Positions 1-10,318 are shown, numbered from the stretch's first letter. The stretch is DNA of 64,000 bases from an uncultured Lachnospiraceae bacterium (GCA_958349535.1 CATWDJ010000003.1:103261-167260), one strand, 5' to 3'. Numbers and translations are program-made. The notes: generated by a model from the sequence alone, not told the origin.

Positions 1-2820
1 AAAAATCCAAGTGAGAAAATTTTAAAGCTGGGAAAAAAGATTACCGATGTTATGGCACACAAGATGAAAGGAGTTACGGTAGACGATGCAGAGTACTGGG
101 GACTGGCAGAAATCGTAACGGAGGAAATGGCAGACATTGCACTGACCATGGAATTGCGTCATCACTATAAAATAGAAGAACTCTGGAAGATGAATCACGT
201 GACAGAAGAAGGAAAAGAGCATTTCCAGAAGGTCTTAGATGAGATGGCTTACATCGGATTGATTGAGTATGATTATGGTAATAACTATGATCATAACGGA
301 GCAATTCCAGGACCGACAGACCGAAGATACTGTCTGCCGATGTTTGTGCCGGGTTCCGCAGAATTATTCAATATGGAAGAGGGACCGGAAGGAAATAAAC
401 GTCTGAGAGAGCATCCGGCGTTGGCAAGCTTCTTTGAGCGTATGACCTTTGTTCCGTTGGATGGACTTACCCATATGGTGCCACCGGGAGGTGCGGGAAT
501 TGGTATGCATGTCATTCCAGTGGAAAAAGCCATCAAAATGGAACCGGGAACCATGGATTTAGAACAGATTTCCTATTGGTTAAAAAAATACGAAGGACAT
601 ATCGGTGTGGGACAGTGTTCCTGTCGTGCCAGCAGAAAAGCTCTTAACGAAGGCTGTGCCGATGATGAGATGAACTGGTGCGTTGGCGTAGGTGATTTTG
701 CAGATTATTGCCGTGAGACCGGAAAGGGTCATGATATTACCTATGAAGAGGCAATGGAGATTTTCAAAAAAGCAGAGGACAATGGATTTGTTCACCAGAT
801 TACAAACATCGATGGTGAGAACAAAATTTTTGGTATCTGTAACTGTAATGTCAATATCTGTAATGCCCTTAGAACATCACAGTTGTTCAACACCCCGAAT
901 ATGAGCCGCAGTGCTTACACAGCAAAAGTAGAAAAAGACAAATGTGTTGCCTGTGGTAAATGTGTAGAATACTGTCCGGCAGGAGCAGTAAAACTGGGAC
1001 AGAAGCTCTGCAAAAAGGACGGTACAGAGGTAGAATATCCAAAACATGTGCTTCCGGATAAGGTAAACTGGGGACCGGATAAATATGATGAGGATTATAG
1101 AGATAACAACCGTATCAACTGTTATGAAACAGGTACTGCACCGTGTAAAGCAGCCTGTCCTGCCCACATTGCGGTACAGGGATATATCCAGAAAGCAAAA
1201 GAGGGCAAATATCGGGAAGCATTAGCACTAATCAAAAAAGATAATCCATTCCCTGCAATCTGTGGACGTGTATGTAACAGAAGATGTGAAATGGCTTGTA
1301 CTCGTGGAACCATAGATCAGGCAGTAGCCATCGATGACATCAAAAAGTTCATTGCAGAGCAGGATTTAAGAGAGGAAACCAGATACATACCGGAGGTTGT
1401 GATAGCTTCCAGCCGTCTAACGCAATGGGAGCAGAAAATAGCAATTATTGGAGCTGGTCCGGCAGGTCTTTCCTGTGCATACTATCTGGCAACCAAAGGA
1501 TATAAACCAACCGTATTTGAAAAACAAAGCCGACCGGGCGGAATGATGACCTATGGTATTCCATCCTATAAATTGGAAAAAGATGTTATTGAGGCGGAAA
1601 TCGATGTGCTTCGTGAATTGGGCGTAGAAATCCGTTGCGGTGTGGAAGTGGGAAAAGATATAACCTTAGAGGAACTTCGCAGTCAGGGATATCAAGCCTT
1701 TTATGTGGCAATCGGATGTCAGGGGGGCAAGATTCCGCCGATTCCGGGCAATGATGCAGAGGGCATTGATATTGCAGTAAGCTTCCTTCATAGAGCAACG
1801 GAAAATCAGGAGCAGAAGATGGAAGGAAGAATCGTGGTTGTTGGTGGAGGTAACGTGGCTATCGACTGTGCAAGAACCGCACACCGCTTTGGCTCCAAGG
1901 AAGTGTCCATGTACTGTCTGGAATCCAGAGATACTATGCCAGCATCTTTAGATGAGATTAAAGAGACCTTAGAAGAGGATATTGCTATCAATAATAGCTG
2001 GGGACCAAAGGAAATTCTAAAAGATGAATTTGGAAAAGTAAAAGCAATCGTCTTCAAAAAATGTACTTCTGTTAAAGACGAAACCGGAAAATTCAATCCA
2101 CAGTATGATGAGAATAATACGGTTACCGTAGAATGTGAGAATATTATTTTTGCTATCGGACAGGGAATCGAATGGGGAAATCTGTTAGAAGGCTCCAAGG
2201 TAGAATTCTGGCATGGCAATTATCCGGTGGCAGATGCGTTGACCTATCAGACCGCAGAGCCGGATATCTTTGTAGGAGGAGATGTTTACAGCGGACCGAA
2301 GTTCGTAATAGATGCTATTGAGGCAGGAAAGAATGCAGCAGAATCCTTACACCGCTATGTACATCCGGGTGCAAGCATGACCATTGGACGGAACCGTCGC
2401 GACTTCCATGAACTCAACAAAGAGGATATTGCTGTGGAGAATTACGATACAGCAGGAAGACAGGAAGCAGGACTGGACAACAGCATTGACCATAAGATGT
2501 CCTTCCGGGATGTGCATAAGACTTTGACGGCAGAACAGGTGCATGCAGAAGCAAGCCGTTGCTTAAGCTGTGGAGCCTCTGTGGTGGATGAGAATAAGTG
2601 TATCGGATGTGGTGTCTGCACAACCAAATGTGAATTTGATGCCATCAAGCTGCACAGAGACCATCCGGAAATGACAAATATGCGTAAATCGGAGGATAAG
2701 TTTAAAGCAATTGGACCATATGCGGTAAAACGTGCCATCAAGATTGCCTTTGCACCAAAAACGGAGGCAGAAAAACAGGCACAGAGAGAGCATAAAGAAT
2801 ATAAGCGAAACCATAAATAA
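1..2820 (+). CDS. GltD-family FAD/NAD(P)H-dependent oxidoreductase with extra 4Fe-4S ferredoxin domains. 5' end probably runs off the window (no stop codon in nt 1-51 in frame).
   Basis: Central region has the glutamate-synthase small-subunit architecture: Cys-rich Fe-S segment (CKAACPAHIAVQGY...CGRVCNRRCEMAC), then the Rossmann motif IAIIGAGPAGLSCAY and a second VVVGGGNVAIDCA NAD site. Cys-x2-Cys-x2-Cys-x3-CP ferredoxin motifs at CVACGKCVEYCP and C-terminal CIGCGVCTTKCE. No convincing SD in front of the ATG at 52. Confidence 0.6.
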   Translation, partial: KNPSEKILKLGKKITDVMAHKMKGVTVDDAEYWGLAEIVTEEMADIALTMELRHHYKIEELWKMNHVTEEGKEHFQKVLDEMAYIGLIEYDYGNNYDHNGAIPGPTDRRYCLPMFVPGSAELFNMEEGPEGNKRLREHPALASFFERMTFVPLDGLTHMVPPGGAGIGMHVIPVEKAIKMEPGTMDLEQISYWLKKYEGHIGVGQCSCRASRKALNEGCADDEMNWCVGVGDFADYCRETGKGHDITYEEAMEIFKKAEDNGFVHQITNIDGENKIFGICNCNVNICNALRTSQLFNTPNMSRSAYTAKVEKDKCVACGKCVEYCPAGAVKLGQKLCKKDGTEVEYPKHVLPDKVNWGPDKYDEDYRDNNRINCYETGTAPCKAACPAHIAVQGYIQKAKEGKYREALALIKKDNPFPAICGRVCNRRCEMACTRGTIDQAVAIDDIKKFIAEQDLREETRYIPEVVIASSRLTQWEQKIAIIGAGPAGLSCAYYLATKGYKPTVFEKQSRPGGMMTYGIPSYKLEKDVIEAEIDVLRELGVEIRCGVEVGKDITLEELRSQGYQAFYVAIGCQGGKIPPIPGNDAEGIDIAVSFLHRATENQEQKMEGRIVVVGGGNVAIDCARTAHRFGSKEVSMYCLESRDTMPASLDEIKETLEEDIAINNSWGPKEILKDEFGKVKAIVFKKCTSVKDETGKFNPQYDENNTVTVECENIIFAIGQGIEWGNLLEGSKVEFWHGNYPVADALTYQTAEPDIFVGGDVYSGPKFVIDAIEAGKNAAESLHRYVHPGASMTIGRNRRDFHELNKEDIAVENYDTAGRQEAGLDNSIDHKMSFRDVHKTLTAEQVHAEASRCLSCGASVVDENKCIGCGVCTTKCEFDAIKLHRDHPEMTNMRKSEDKFKAIGPYAVKRAIKIAFAPKTEAEKQAQREHKEYKRNHK

Positions 2821-2835
2821 TCATTCCTAAAAGAA

Positions 2836-2868
2836 GAGGGTGTCCCCATTACTGGGGCACCCTTTTTA
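2836..2868 (+). terminator. Rho-independent terminator after the oxidoreductase gene
   Basis: GC-rich hairpin gggtgtcccc / ggggcaccc with loop attact, followed by TTTTT. Confidence 0.55.
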
Positions 2869-2968
2869 TGTTCAACCATCTTCTTCTGTATTGAAAATCC
2901 TAAATAGCATATGTTATACTAAACAAGTATGGCAAATTTTGCTATGAATCAGAGAAAGAGGGACGAAA

Positions 2969-4891
2969 ATGGCAGGAAAACAGACATATGATGCCGAAAA
3001 TATAGCAGTATTAGAAGGATTGGAAGCGGTCAGAAAAAGACCGGGTATGTATATTGGAAGTGTTACCAGAAAAGGATTGAATCATCTGATTTATGAGATT
3101 GTAGATAATGCGGTGGACGAGCATCTGGCAGGAGTCTGCGATACCATATGGGTTACTTTGGAAGCAGATGGCTCCTGTACCGTAGAGGATAACGGACGGG
3201 GAGTTCCGGTGGGAATGCATCAAAAGGGTGTCTCAGCGGCGAGATTAGTGTTTACCACCCTTCATGCCGGAGGCAAGTTCGACGATTCGGCCTATAAGAC
3301 CAGCGGTGGTCTCCACGGGGTAGGTTCCTCGGTGGTCAATGCACTGTCCACTTATATGGACGTAGAAATCAGCAGAGAGGGTGCGATACATCACGACCGC
3401 TATGAGCGGGGAATTCCGGTGATTGAATTGGAGAATGGATTGCTTCCTGTGATTGGAAAGACCAAAAAGACAGGAACAAAAATCAATTTTTTGCCGGATC
3501 CGGAGATTTTTGAAAAGACAAGATTTAAAGAAGATGAGGTCAAAAGTCGTCTCCATGAGACTGCCTACCTGAATCCCCAGTTGACCATTATCTATGAGGA
3601 CAAGCGAGGCGAGGAAACCGAACATATTGAATACCATGAGGAGGAGGGAATTATCGGTTTCGTCAAGGATTTGAATAAGAAATGTGAAAGACTTCATGAT
3701 GTGATTTATTTTCAAGGGGTCAGCGAAGGTATTACGGTGGAGGCGGCAATCCAGTATACCACGGAATTTCATGAGAATATTTTTGGATTCTGTAACAATA
3801 TTTACAATGCCGAGGGCGGAGCTCATATCACCGGATTTAAGACGGTGTTTACCAATATTATCAACCAGTATGCCAGAGAGTTGGGAATTCTCAAGGAGAA
3901 GGATGCCAATTTTACCGGAGCAGATGTGAGAAATGGTATGACAGCGGTGGTTTCCATCAAGCATCCTGATCCGAGATTTGAGGGACAGACCAAGACGAAG
4001 TTGGATAATCAGGATGCGACAAGGGCTACTGCAAAGATTACCGGAGATGAGATTCAGTTGTACTTTGACCGGAATCTGGAAGTGTTAAAGGCGGTAATTT
4101 CCTGTGCGGAAAAGGCGGCGAAAATCCGCAAGACAGAGGAACGTGCCAAAACAAATCTTTTAACCAAGCAGAAGTTTTCCTTTGATTCCAACGGAAAGCT
4201 GGCAAACTGTGAGAGCAGAGATGCCTCTAAATGCGAAATCTTTATCGTAGAGGGAGATTCTGCGGGAGGCTCGGCAAAGACGGCAAGAGACCGGAATTAT
4301 CAGGCTATTTTGCCGATTCGGGGTAAGATATTGAACGTGGAAAAAGCCACCATTGACAAAGTCCTTGCCAATGCGGAGATTAAAACCATGATTAATGCCT
4401 TTGGCTGTGGATTTTCCGAGGGCTACGGCAATGACTTTGATATTACCAAGTTAAGATATGATAAGATTATTATTATGGCAGATGCGGATGTGGACGGAGC
4501 TCATATTTCCACCCTGCTGCTGACGCTGTTTTACCGGTTCATGCCGGAACTGATACAGGAGGGACATGTGTATATCGCCATGCCCCCTCTATACAAAGCC
4601 ATCCCAAGCAAGGGCGAGGAAGAGTATCTTTATGATGATGCGGCATTAGAGCGGTACCGTAAGACTCATAAAGGTTCCTTTACTCTGCAAAGATACAAAG
4701 GTTTAGGAGAGATGGATGCTTCCCAGTTGTGGGAAACCACCTTAGACCCGGAAACTCGTGTGTTGAAGCAGGTAGTCATTGAGGATGGAAGAATGGCATC
4801 GGATGTAACGGAAATGCTGATGGGAAATGATGTCCCGCCGAGACGGGCATTTATTTATGAGCATGCCAATGATGCGGAATTGGATGTATAG
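2969..4891 (+). CDS. parE: Type II topoisomerase ATPase subunit B (topoisomerase IV ParE-like / GyrB paralogue)
   Basis: 640 aa. N-terminal GHKL ATPase (RPGMYIGS...), Toprim EGDSAGGSAK, PLRGKILNVEKA, C-terminal QRYKGLGEM. SD ahead of ATG. Paired with a short A subunit that lacks a GyrA-box. Confidence 0.6.
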   Translation: MAGKQTYDAENIAVLEGLEAVRKRPGMYIGSVTRKGLNHLIYEIVDNAVDEHLAGVCDTIWVTLEADGSCTVEDNGRGVPVGMHQKGVSAARLVFTTLHAGGKFDDSAYKTSGGLHGVGSSVVNALSTYMDVEISREGAIHHDRYERGIPVIELENGLLPVIGKTKKTGTKINFLPDPEIFEKTRFKEDEVKSRLHETAYLNPQLTIIYEDKRGEETEHIEYHEEEGIIGFVKDLNKKCERLHDVIYFQGVSEGITVEAAIQYTTEFHENIFGFCNNIYNAEGGAHITGFKTVFTNIINQYARELGILKEKDANFTGADVRNGMTAVVSIKHPDPRFEGQTKTKLDNQDATRATAKITGDEIQLYFDRNLEVLKAVISCAEKAAKIRKTEERAKTNLLTKQKFSFDSNGKLANCESRDASKCEIFIVEGDSAGGSAKTARDRNYQAILPIRGKILNVEKATIDKVLANAEIKTMINAFGCGFSEGYGNDFDITKLRYDKIIIMADADVDGAHISTLLLTLFYRFMPELIQEGHVYIAMPPLYKAIPSKGEEEYLYDDAALERYRKTHKGSFTLQRYKGLGEMDASQLWETTLDPETRVLKQVVIEDGRMASDVTEMLMGNDVPPRRAFIYEHANDAELDV

Positions 4892-4902
4892 GAGGTTAGG
4901 AC

Positions 4903-7140
4903 ATGGAAGTAAAAGAGCATTTGATAAAAACAGAATATTCTGAGGTTATGCAAAAATCTTACATCGACTATGCAATGAGTGTCATTGTGGCACGTGCCCT
5001 GCCGGATATCCGGGACGGTTTAAAGCCGGTACAGCGACGTACCCTTTATGATATGTATGAACTGGGCATCCGGTACGATAAACCATACCGGAAAAGTGCC
5101 AGAATCGTAGGAGATACCATGGGTAAGTATCATCCTCACGGTGACAGTTCCATCTATGAAGCTTTGGTAGTCATGTCTCAGGAATTCAAAAAAGGACTGC
5201 CGCTGGTGGACGGGCACGGTAATTTCGGTTCCATCGAGGGAGACGGAGCCGCAGCCATGCGTTATACCGAAGCAAGACTGCAAAAGATTACCCAGGAGGC
5301 ATATCTGGCAGATTTGGACAAGGATGTAGTGGATTTTGTACCGAACTTCGATGAAACAGAGAAGGAGCCGGAGGTACTTCCGGTGAAGGTGCCTAACATT
5401 CTAATCAACGGAGCAGAGGGAATCGCCGTAGGTATGGCAACCAGTATTCCGCCGCACAATTTCGGAGAAGTTATTGAAGGTGTCAAGGCGTACATGAAAA
5501 ATCCAGACATCAACACTGAGCAGATGATGGAATATATCAAGGGACCGGATTTTCCAACGGGAGGAATTGTCACCAACAAGGACGATTTGCTGGCGATTTA
5601 TTCCACCGGAGCCGGAAAAATCAAAATCCGGGGAAAAGTCGAGATAGAGAAGGTAAAAGGCGGTAAAGAACGTCTGGTGATTACCGAGATTCCATATACT
5701 ATGATTGGAGCCAATATTGGCAAGTTTTTAAATGATGTCTACGGATTGGTGGAATCCAAAGCCACCAATGATATTGTGGATATCTCCAATCAGTCCTCCA
5801 AAGAGGGAATCCGTATTGTATTGGAACTGAAAAAGGGAGCAGATGCAGAAAATCTCTGTAACCTGCTTTACAAAAAAACAAAGTTAGAGGATACCTTTGG
5901 TGTCAATATGCTGGCAGTGGCAGACGGAAAGCCGGAGACCATGGGTGTGGTGCCGATGATTCGTCATCATGTAAATTTCCAGTATGAGATTGCCACCAGA
6001 AAATATAAGACATTATTGGCAAAAGAGATGGATAAGCGGGAGGTACAGGAAGGATTGATCAAGGCATGTGATGTCATTGACTTGATTATTGAGATTCTCC
6101 GTGGCTCCAAAAATATCAAAGAAGCCAAGGCGTGTCTGGTAGAAGGAAAAACTGAAGGCATTAAGTTCAAATCCAAACAATCTGAGAAGGACGCGGCAAA
6201 TCTGCATTTTACCGAGAAACAAGCAAGTGCTATTCTAGAAATGCGTCTGTACAAATTAATCGGATTGGAAATCGAGGCCTTATTAAAAGACCACGAGGAA
6301 ACCGTAAAAAATATTGCAAAATATGAGGATATTTTAAGTAACCGTTCTGTGATGGCAAAGGTTATCATCAAGGAATTGGATGCTTTTAAAAAGGAATATG
6401 CCACAGAGCGGAAAACCGTTATTGACAACGTGGCGGCAGCAGTGGTGGAGGAAAAGAAAATCGAAGAGCAGGATGTGGTCTTTTTGATGGACCGCTTCGG
6501 CTATGGCAGATGTGTGGATGAAGCAGCCTATGAGCGAAATAAAGAAGCGGCAGATGCGGAAAACAAATATGTGATTCCGTGTAAAAATACAGACCGTTTG
6601 TGTGTCTTTACAAACCACGGGCAGCTTCATATGGTAAAAATTATGGATGTGCCATTTGGTAAATTCCGTGATAAGGGGCAGCCGATTGATAATCTGAGCA
6701 ATTATGACAGCAGTCAGGAAGAACTGGTTTATCTTATGAATCTGGAAAGCCTGAAAGAGAAAAAGGTGCTTTTCGGAACCAAGCAGGGCATGTTAAAGGT
6801 GGTGGACGGCAGTGAATTTGATGTGTCAAAACGGACCACGGCAGCCACCAAGCTGGGCGAAGGAGATGAGGTACTGGCAGTACATGCTCTGGAGGACGGT
6901 GACACTATGGTCATGCAGTCGGAAAAGGATTATTTCTTAAGAATTGACCCGGCAGAAATTCCACAAAAGAAAAAAGGAGCCATTGGTGTGCGGGGAATCC
7001 GTTTAGGAGCAGCGGATGTGCTGACAGCCATTCATGTGCTGAATCAGGGAGAAAATAGCAGTGTTATGGTGGGAGAAAAAGAAATTGTACTGAACCGGCT
7101 TCATATCGGAAAGAGAGATACCAAGGGCGTAAAGAAATGA
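4903..7140 (+). CDS. parC: Type II topoisomerase subunit A (topoisomerase IV ParC-like)
   Basis: 745 aa. DGLKPVQRR, catalytic-Tyr region AAMRYTE, GIAVGMATSIPPHN. C-terminal domain is short and I see no QRRGGKG GyrA-box, hence topo IV rather than gyrase. Stop overlaps the folC start (ATGA). Confidence 0.55.
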   Translation: MEVKEHLIKTEYSEVMQKSYIDYAMSVIVARALPDIRDGLKPVQRRTLYDMYELGIRYDKPYRKSARIVGDTMGKYHPHGDSSIYEALVVMSQEFKKGLPLVDGHGNFGSIEGDGAAAMRYTEARLQKITQEAYLADLDKDVVDFVPNFDETEKEPEVLPVKVPNILINGAEGIAVGMATSIPPHNFGEVIEGVKAYMKNPDINTEQMMEYIKGPDFPTGGIVTNKDDLLAIYSTGAGKIKIRGKVEIEKVKGGKERLVITEIPYTMIGANIGKFLNDVYGLVESKATNDIVDISNQSSKEGIRIVLELKKGADAENLCNLLYKKTKLEDTFGVNMLAVADGKPETMGVVPMIRHHVNFQYEIATRKYKTLLAKEMDKREVQEGLIKACDVIDLIIEILRGSKNIKEAKACLVEGKTEGIKFKSKQSEKDAANLHFTEKQASAILEMRLYKLIGLEIEALLKDHEETVKNIAKYEDILSNRSVMAKVIIKELDAFKKEYATERKTVIDNVAAAVVEEKKIEEQDVVFLMDRFGYGRCVDEAAYERNKEAADAENKYVIPCKNTDRLCVFTNHGQLHMVKIMDVPFGKFRDKGQPIDNLSNYDSSQEELVYLMNLESLKEKKVLFGTKQGMLKVVDGSEFDVSKRTTAATKLGEGDEVLAVHALEDGDTMVMQSEKDYFLRIDPAEIPQKKKGAIGVRGIRLGAADVLTAIHVLNQGENSSVMVGEKEIVLNRLHIGKRDTKGVKK

Positions 7141-8420
7141 CATATGAACAGGCGAGAGCATTTATAGAGACAACCAAACAATATGGAAGTATTCTGGGAC
7201 TGGACAGTATCCGAAATCTGATGAGAGAACTGGGAAATATACAGGAGCAGTTACCTTGTATTCACATTGCGGGAACCAACGGAAAAGGGTCTGTGGGAGC
7301 CTTCCTATCAGCTATATTGACGGAAAACGGCTACAGGGTAGGTCGTTATCAGTCCCCGGCGGTTTTTTGCCAACGGGAAATCTATCGTATCGGAGAGGAA
7401 ATTATCAGCAAAGAGGATTACGGAAATATTATAGAACCGGTACAAAAAGCCTGTGAGAGATTGGTGGAGGCAGGAAAGCCTCATCCCACTTCTTTTGAGG
7501 TGGAAACCGCCGCAGCATTCCTTTATTTTTATCAAAAGCAATGCGATATGGTGCTGTTAGAGGTGGGCATGGGCGGAATCGAGGATGCCACCAACATCAT
7601 TGAGAAACCGCTGTGCTCCGTGATTACCGCTGTTGGAATGGACCATATGCAGTTTTTAGGAAATACTTTGACGGAGATTGCAAAAGCCAAGGCGGGAATC
7701 ATCAAAAAGGGATGTTCCGTGGTGGCATTGGCACAGGAAAAAGAAGTGGAAAAGGTCATAGAAAACACAGTCCAAAGAAAAGGTGCGAATCTGACGTTTG
7801 CCCAATGGAAAGAGATAAAAGCGGAATTTACGGAAGAAGGGATGGGATTATATCATCCCCGATATGGAAATCTGATGACGCAGTTAAGAGGAAGCTATCA
7901 GAAGCAGAATCTGGTACTGGCATTGGAAACCTTGGAAGTTTTGGACCGGAAAGGATATGTGATAAAGCCGGAAAAAGTAAAGACAGGTGTGGAAAAAGCC
8001 TGCTGGGAAGGCAGATTTGAAAAGATTTTAAAGGAACCGGAGGTTATCATAGACGGTGCTCATAATCCGGCTGCCGCAGAGCAGTTATATTCCTCCATAC
8101 AAAATTATTTTACAAATCGAAAAATAATTTATATAATAGGGGTGCTTGCAGATAAAGAGCATGGTAAAATGTTAGAAAGACTTTTGCCTTTGGCACAGAC
8201 ATCATATCTGGTGACGCCAAATAATCCCAGGGCATTGTGTGCCGAAAAATTAGCGGAGGAAGCGGAAATGTACAGGGAACAGATTCATGTGGAAGAATCC
8301 GTAGGAGACGCTTTAAAAAAGGCTGTGGAGGAAGCCAAACGTGAGGATGGAGTAGTGATTGCATGGGGCTCCCTCTCTTATCTGGGAGAAATCAGAGAAA
8401 GTATAGGAAAGTACAGGTGA
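7137..8420 (+). CDS. folC: Folylpolyglutamate synthase / dihydrofolate synthase
   Basis: P-loop IHIAGTNGKGSV, Mur-ligase-like core, DGAHNP motif. Context: folate operon. Confidence 0.85.
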   Translation: MTYEQARAFIETTKQYGSILGLDSIRNLMRELGNIQEQLPCIHIAGTNGKGSVGAFLSAILTENGYRVGRYQSPAVFCQREIYRIGEEIISKEDYGNIIEPVQKACERLVEAGKPHPTSFEVETAAAFLYFYQKQCDMVLLEVGMGGIEDATNIIEKPLCSVITAVGMDHMQFLGNTLTEIAKAKAGIIKKGCSVVALAQEKEVEKVIENTVQRKGANLTFAQWKEIKAEFTEEGMGLYHPRYGNLMTQLRGSYQKQNLVLALETLEVLDRKGYVIKPEKVKTGVEKACWEGRFEKILKEPEVIIDGAHNPAAAEQLYSSIQNYFTNRKIIYIIGVLADKEHGKMLERLLPLAQTSYLVTPNNPRALCAEKLAEEAEMYREQIHVEESVGDALKKAVEEAKREDGVVIAWGSLSYLGEIRESIGKYR

Positions 8421-8426
8421 AATACC

Positions 8427-8978
8427 ATGGATGAGAATAAAATTAAACAGGGAGTACGGTTGATTCTGGAGGGAATCGGCGAGGATTACAGCCGAGAGGG
8501 ATTAGTTGAGACTCCGGATCGTATTGCCAGAATGTATCAGGAGATTTTCGTCGGTTTAGAGGCAGATGTTGCAGAACCGCTGTCGAAAACTTTTTCGGTA
8601 CAGGACAATGAGATGGTGTTGGAGAAAGACATTGTCTTTTATTCCACTTGTGAGCATCATCTGCTGCCTTTTTACGGGAAGGCACATGTGGCGTATATCC
8701 CGGACGGAAAGGTTGTGGGATTGAGTAAGCTGGCGAGAACCGTAGAGGTCTATGCAAAAAGACCCCAGCTTCAGGAGCAGTTAAGTGCCCAGATAGCAGA
8801 TGCTTTGATGGAGCATTTAAAGCCAAAGGGAGCCATGGTAATGATTGAAGCAGAGCATATGTGTATGACAATGCGTGGAATCAAAAAGCCGGGGAGCAAG
8901 ACCGTAACTTATGTAACACGTGGAGTTTTTGAAGAAGACATGGAATTGCAGAACAAATTTTTTATGATGGTAAAATAA
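8427..8978 (+). CDS. folE: GTP cyclohydrolase I
   Basis: [18 protein letters not shown] and HVAYIP motifs. 183 aa. Confidence 0.9.
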   Translation: MDENKIKQGVRLILEGIGEDYSREGLVETPDRIARMYQEIFVGLEADVAEPLSKTFSVQDNEMVLEKDIVFYSTCEHHLLPFYGKAHVAYIPDGKVVGLSKLARTVEVYAKRPQLQEQLSAQIADALMEHLKPKGAMVMIEAEHMCMTMRGIKKPGSKTVTYVTRGVFEEDMELQNKFFMMVK

Positions 8979-9461
8979 ATGGAAAATGTAAATAAACTCT
9001 TGGAAGACCGGGAATATCAGCAGCAGATAAAACAACTGGAGGAATTAGAGAAAGAGCGTGTATATTGTGGGCATGGACTAGAACATCTGCTGGCAGTTGC
9101 CAGAATCGCCCAGTTGAAAAATCTGGAATCCGGTTGGAATATGAAAAAAGAGAGTATTTATCTTGCAGCATTGCTGCACGATTTAGGGAGAACAGAGGAA
9201 TATTTGCAGGGGATATCCCATGATAAGGCAGGTGAGAAAAAAGCAGAATATTTTTTGAATAAGTTAAATCTTACCACAGAAGAGAAACAAGAGATTACAG
9301 AAGCGGTCTCGGGACATAGGAACAAGGGAAAAAGACAGGAGCAGTCTTTGGCAGAGCTGATAAGAAGAGCAGATAAAAGCTCTCGTAATTGTAGGTTTTG
9401 TAAAGCATATGATACCTGTAAATGGAGTGAAGAAGCGAAGAATCAAAAGTTATGGTATTAG
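8979..9461 (+). CDS. HD-domain phosphohydrolase embedded in the folate operon
   Basis: H..H (HGLEH) and HD (LLHDLGR) metal-binding motifs of the HD superfamily. 160 aa. ATG overlaps the folE stop. Confidence 0.65.
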   Translation: MENVNKLLEDREYQQQIKQLEELEKERVYCGHGLEHLLAVARIAQLKNLESGWNMKKESIYLAALLHDLGRTEEYLQGISHDKAGEKKAEYFLNKLNLTTEEKQEITEAVSGHRNKGKRQEQSLAELIRRADKSSRNCRFCKAYDTCKWSEEAKNQKLWY

Positions 9462-9478
9462 AACAGACGAGGTGCAGT

Positions 9479-10315
9479 ATGAAAGAGAAAATTGAAAAAA
9501 TTACAATAGGAAATAGGAAATTCGACGTTAAAAATCATACCTATGTCATGGGTATTTTAAATGTAACGCCGGATTCCTTTTCTGATGGCGGAAAATACAA
9601 CACATTGGATCAGGCATTGTTCCACGCACAGGAAATGGTGGAGCAGGGTGTGGACATCATCGACGTGGGAGGAGAATCTACCCGCCCAGGTTATACCATA
9701 ATTTCCGATGAGGAGGAAATTCAACGGACGGTTCCGGTGGTGGAGGCGTTGAAGGAACGTTTTGAAGTGCCAATCTCCATAGATACATATAAAAGCAAGG
9801 TGGCAAAGGCAAATATCAAGGCAGGTGTGGATTTAATCAATGACATCTGGGGATTAAAATATGATGAAAAAATGGCAAAGGTAATTGCTGATGCGAAGCT
9901 TCCATGCTGCCTGATGCATAACCGCAAGGAAGCCGATTACAAGAAATTTTTAAAAGAGATGAAAGCAGATTTGAAAGAAAGTATCTGGCTTGCCAAGGAA
10001 GCAGGTATTAAAAATAAACGGATTATTCTGGACCCGGGAGTGGGCTTTGGAAAGACCTATGAGAATAATCTGGAGGCGATTCGTTGTCTGGATGTTCTGG
10101 AAGAAATGGGATATCCGGTGTTGTTGGGAACCAGCCGGAAGTCAGTCATCGGACTATCCTTAGATTTGCCAAGCGAAGAAAGAGTGGAGGGAACACTGGT
10201 AACCACGGTATTCGGGGTTATGCAGGGAGCAGCCTTTGTGAGAGTCCATGATGTAAAGGAAAACAAGCGGGCAATTACCATGGCAGAGGCAATTTTAGGA
10301 AGGAAAGACCTGTAA
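9479..10315 (+). CDS. folP: Dihydropteroate synthase
   Basis: GILNVTPDSFSDGG, DIIDVGGESTRPG, LINDIWG motifs. Chosen start is the ATG with a GAGG SD; the ORF track starts 27 nt earlier, overlapping the HD gene. Confidence 0.88.
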   Translation: MKEKIEKITIGNRKFDVKNHTYVMGILNVTPDSFSDGGKYNTLDQALFHAQEMVEQGVDIIDVGGESTRPGYTIISDEEEIQRTVPVVEALKERFEVPISIDTYKSKVAKANIKAGVDLINDIWGLKYDEKMAKVIADAKLPCCLMHNRKEADYKKFLKEMKADLKESIWLAKEAGIKNKRIILDPGVGFGKTYENNLEAIRCLDVLEEMGYPVLLGTSRKSVIGLSLDLPSEERVEGTLVTTVFGVMQGAAFVRVHDVKENKRAITMAEAILGRKDL

Positions 10316-10318
10316 GAC

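Noticed and set aside
1-2820. Assigning the first ORF as YgfK selenate-reductase subunit
   Set aside because: Only the generic GltD-like core matches. The N-terminal domain does not resemble what I recall of YgfK, so only the family-level call is kept.
3245-3964. 239-aa minus-strand ORF
   Set aside because: Lies antisense inside the highly conserved parE/gyrB-like gene. No recognisable motifs.
2969-7140. Calling the topoisomerase pair gyrB/gyrA
   Set aside because: The A subunit is only 745 aa and I could not find the GyrA-box (QRRGGKG) in its short C-terminal domain. Topoisomerase IV-like (ParE/ParC) is more consistent. This is not certain without phylogeny.
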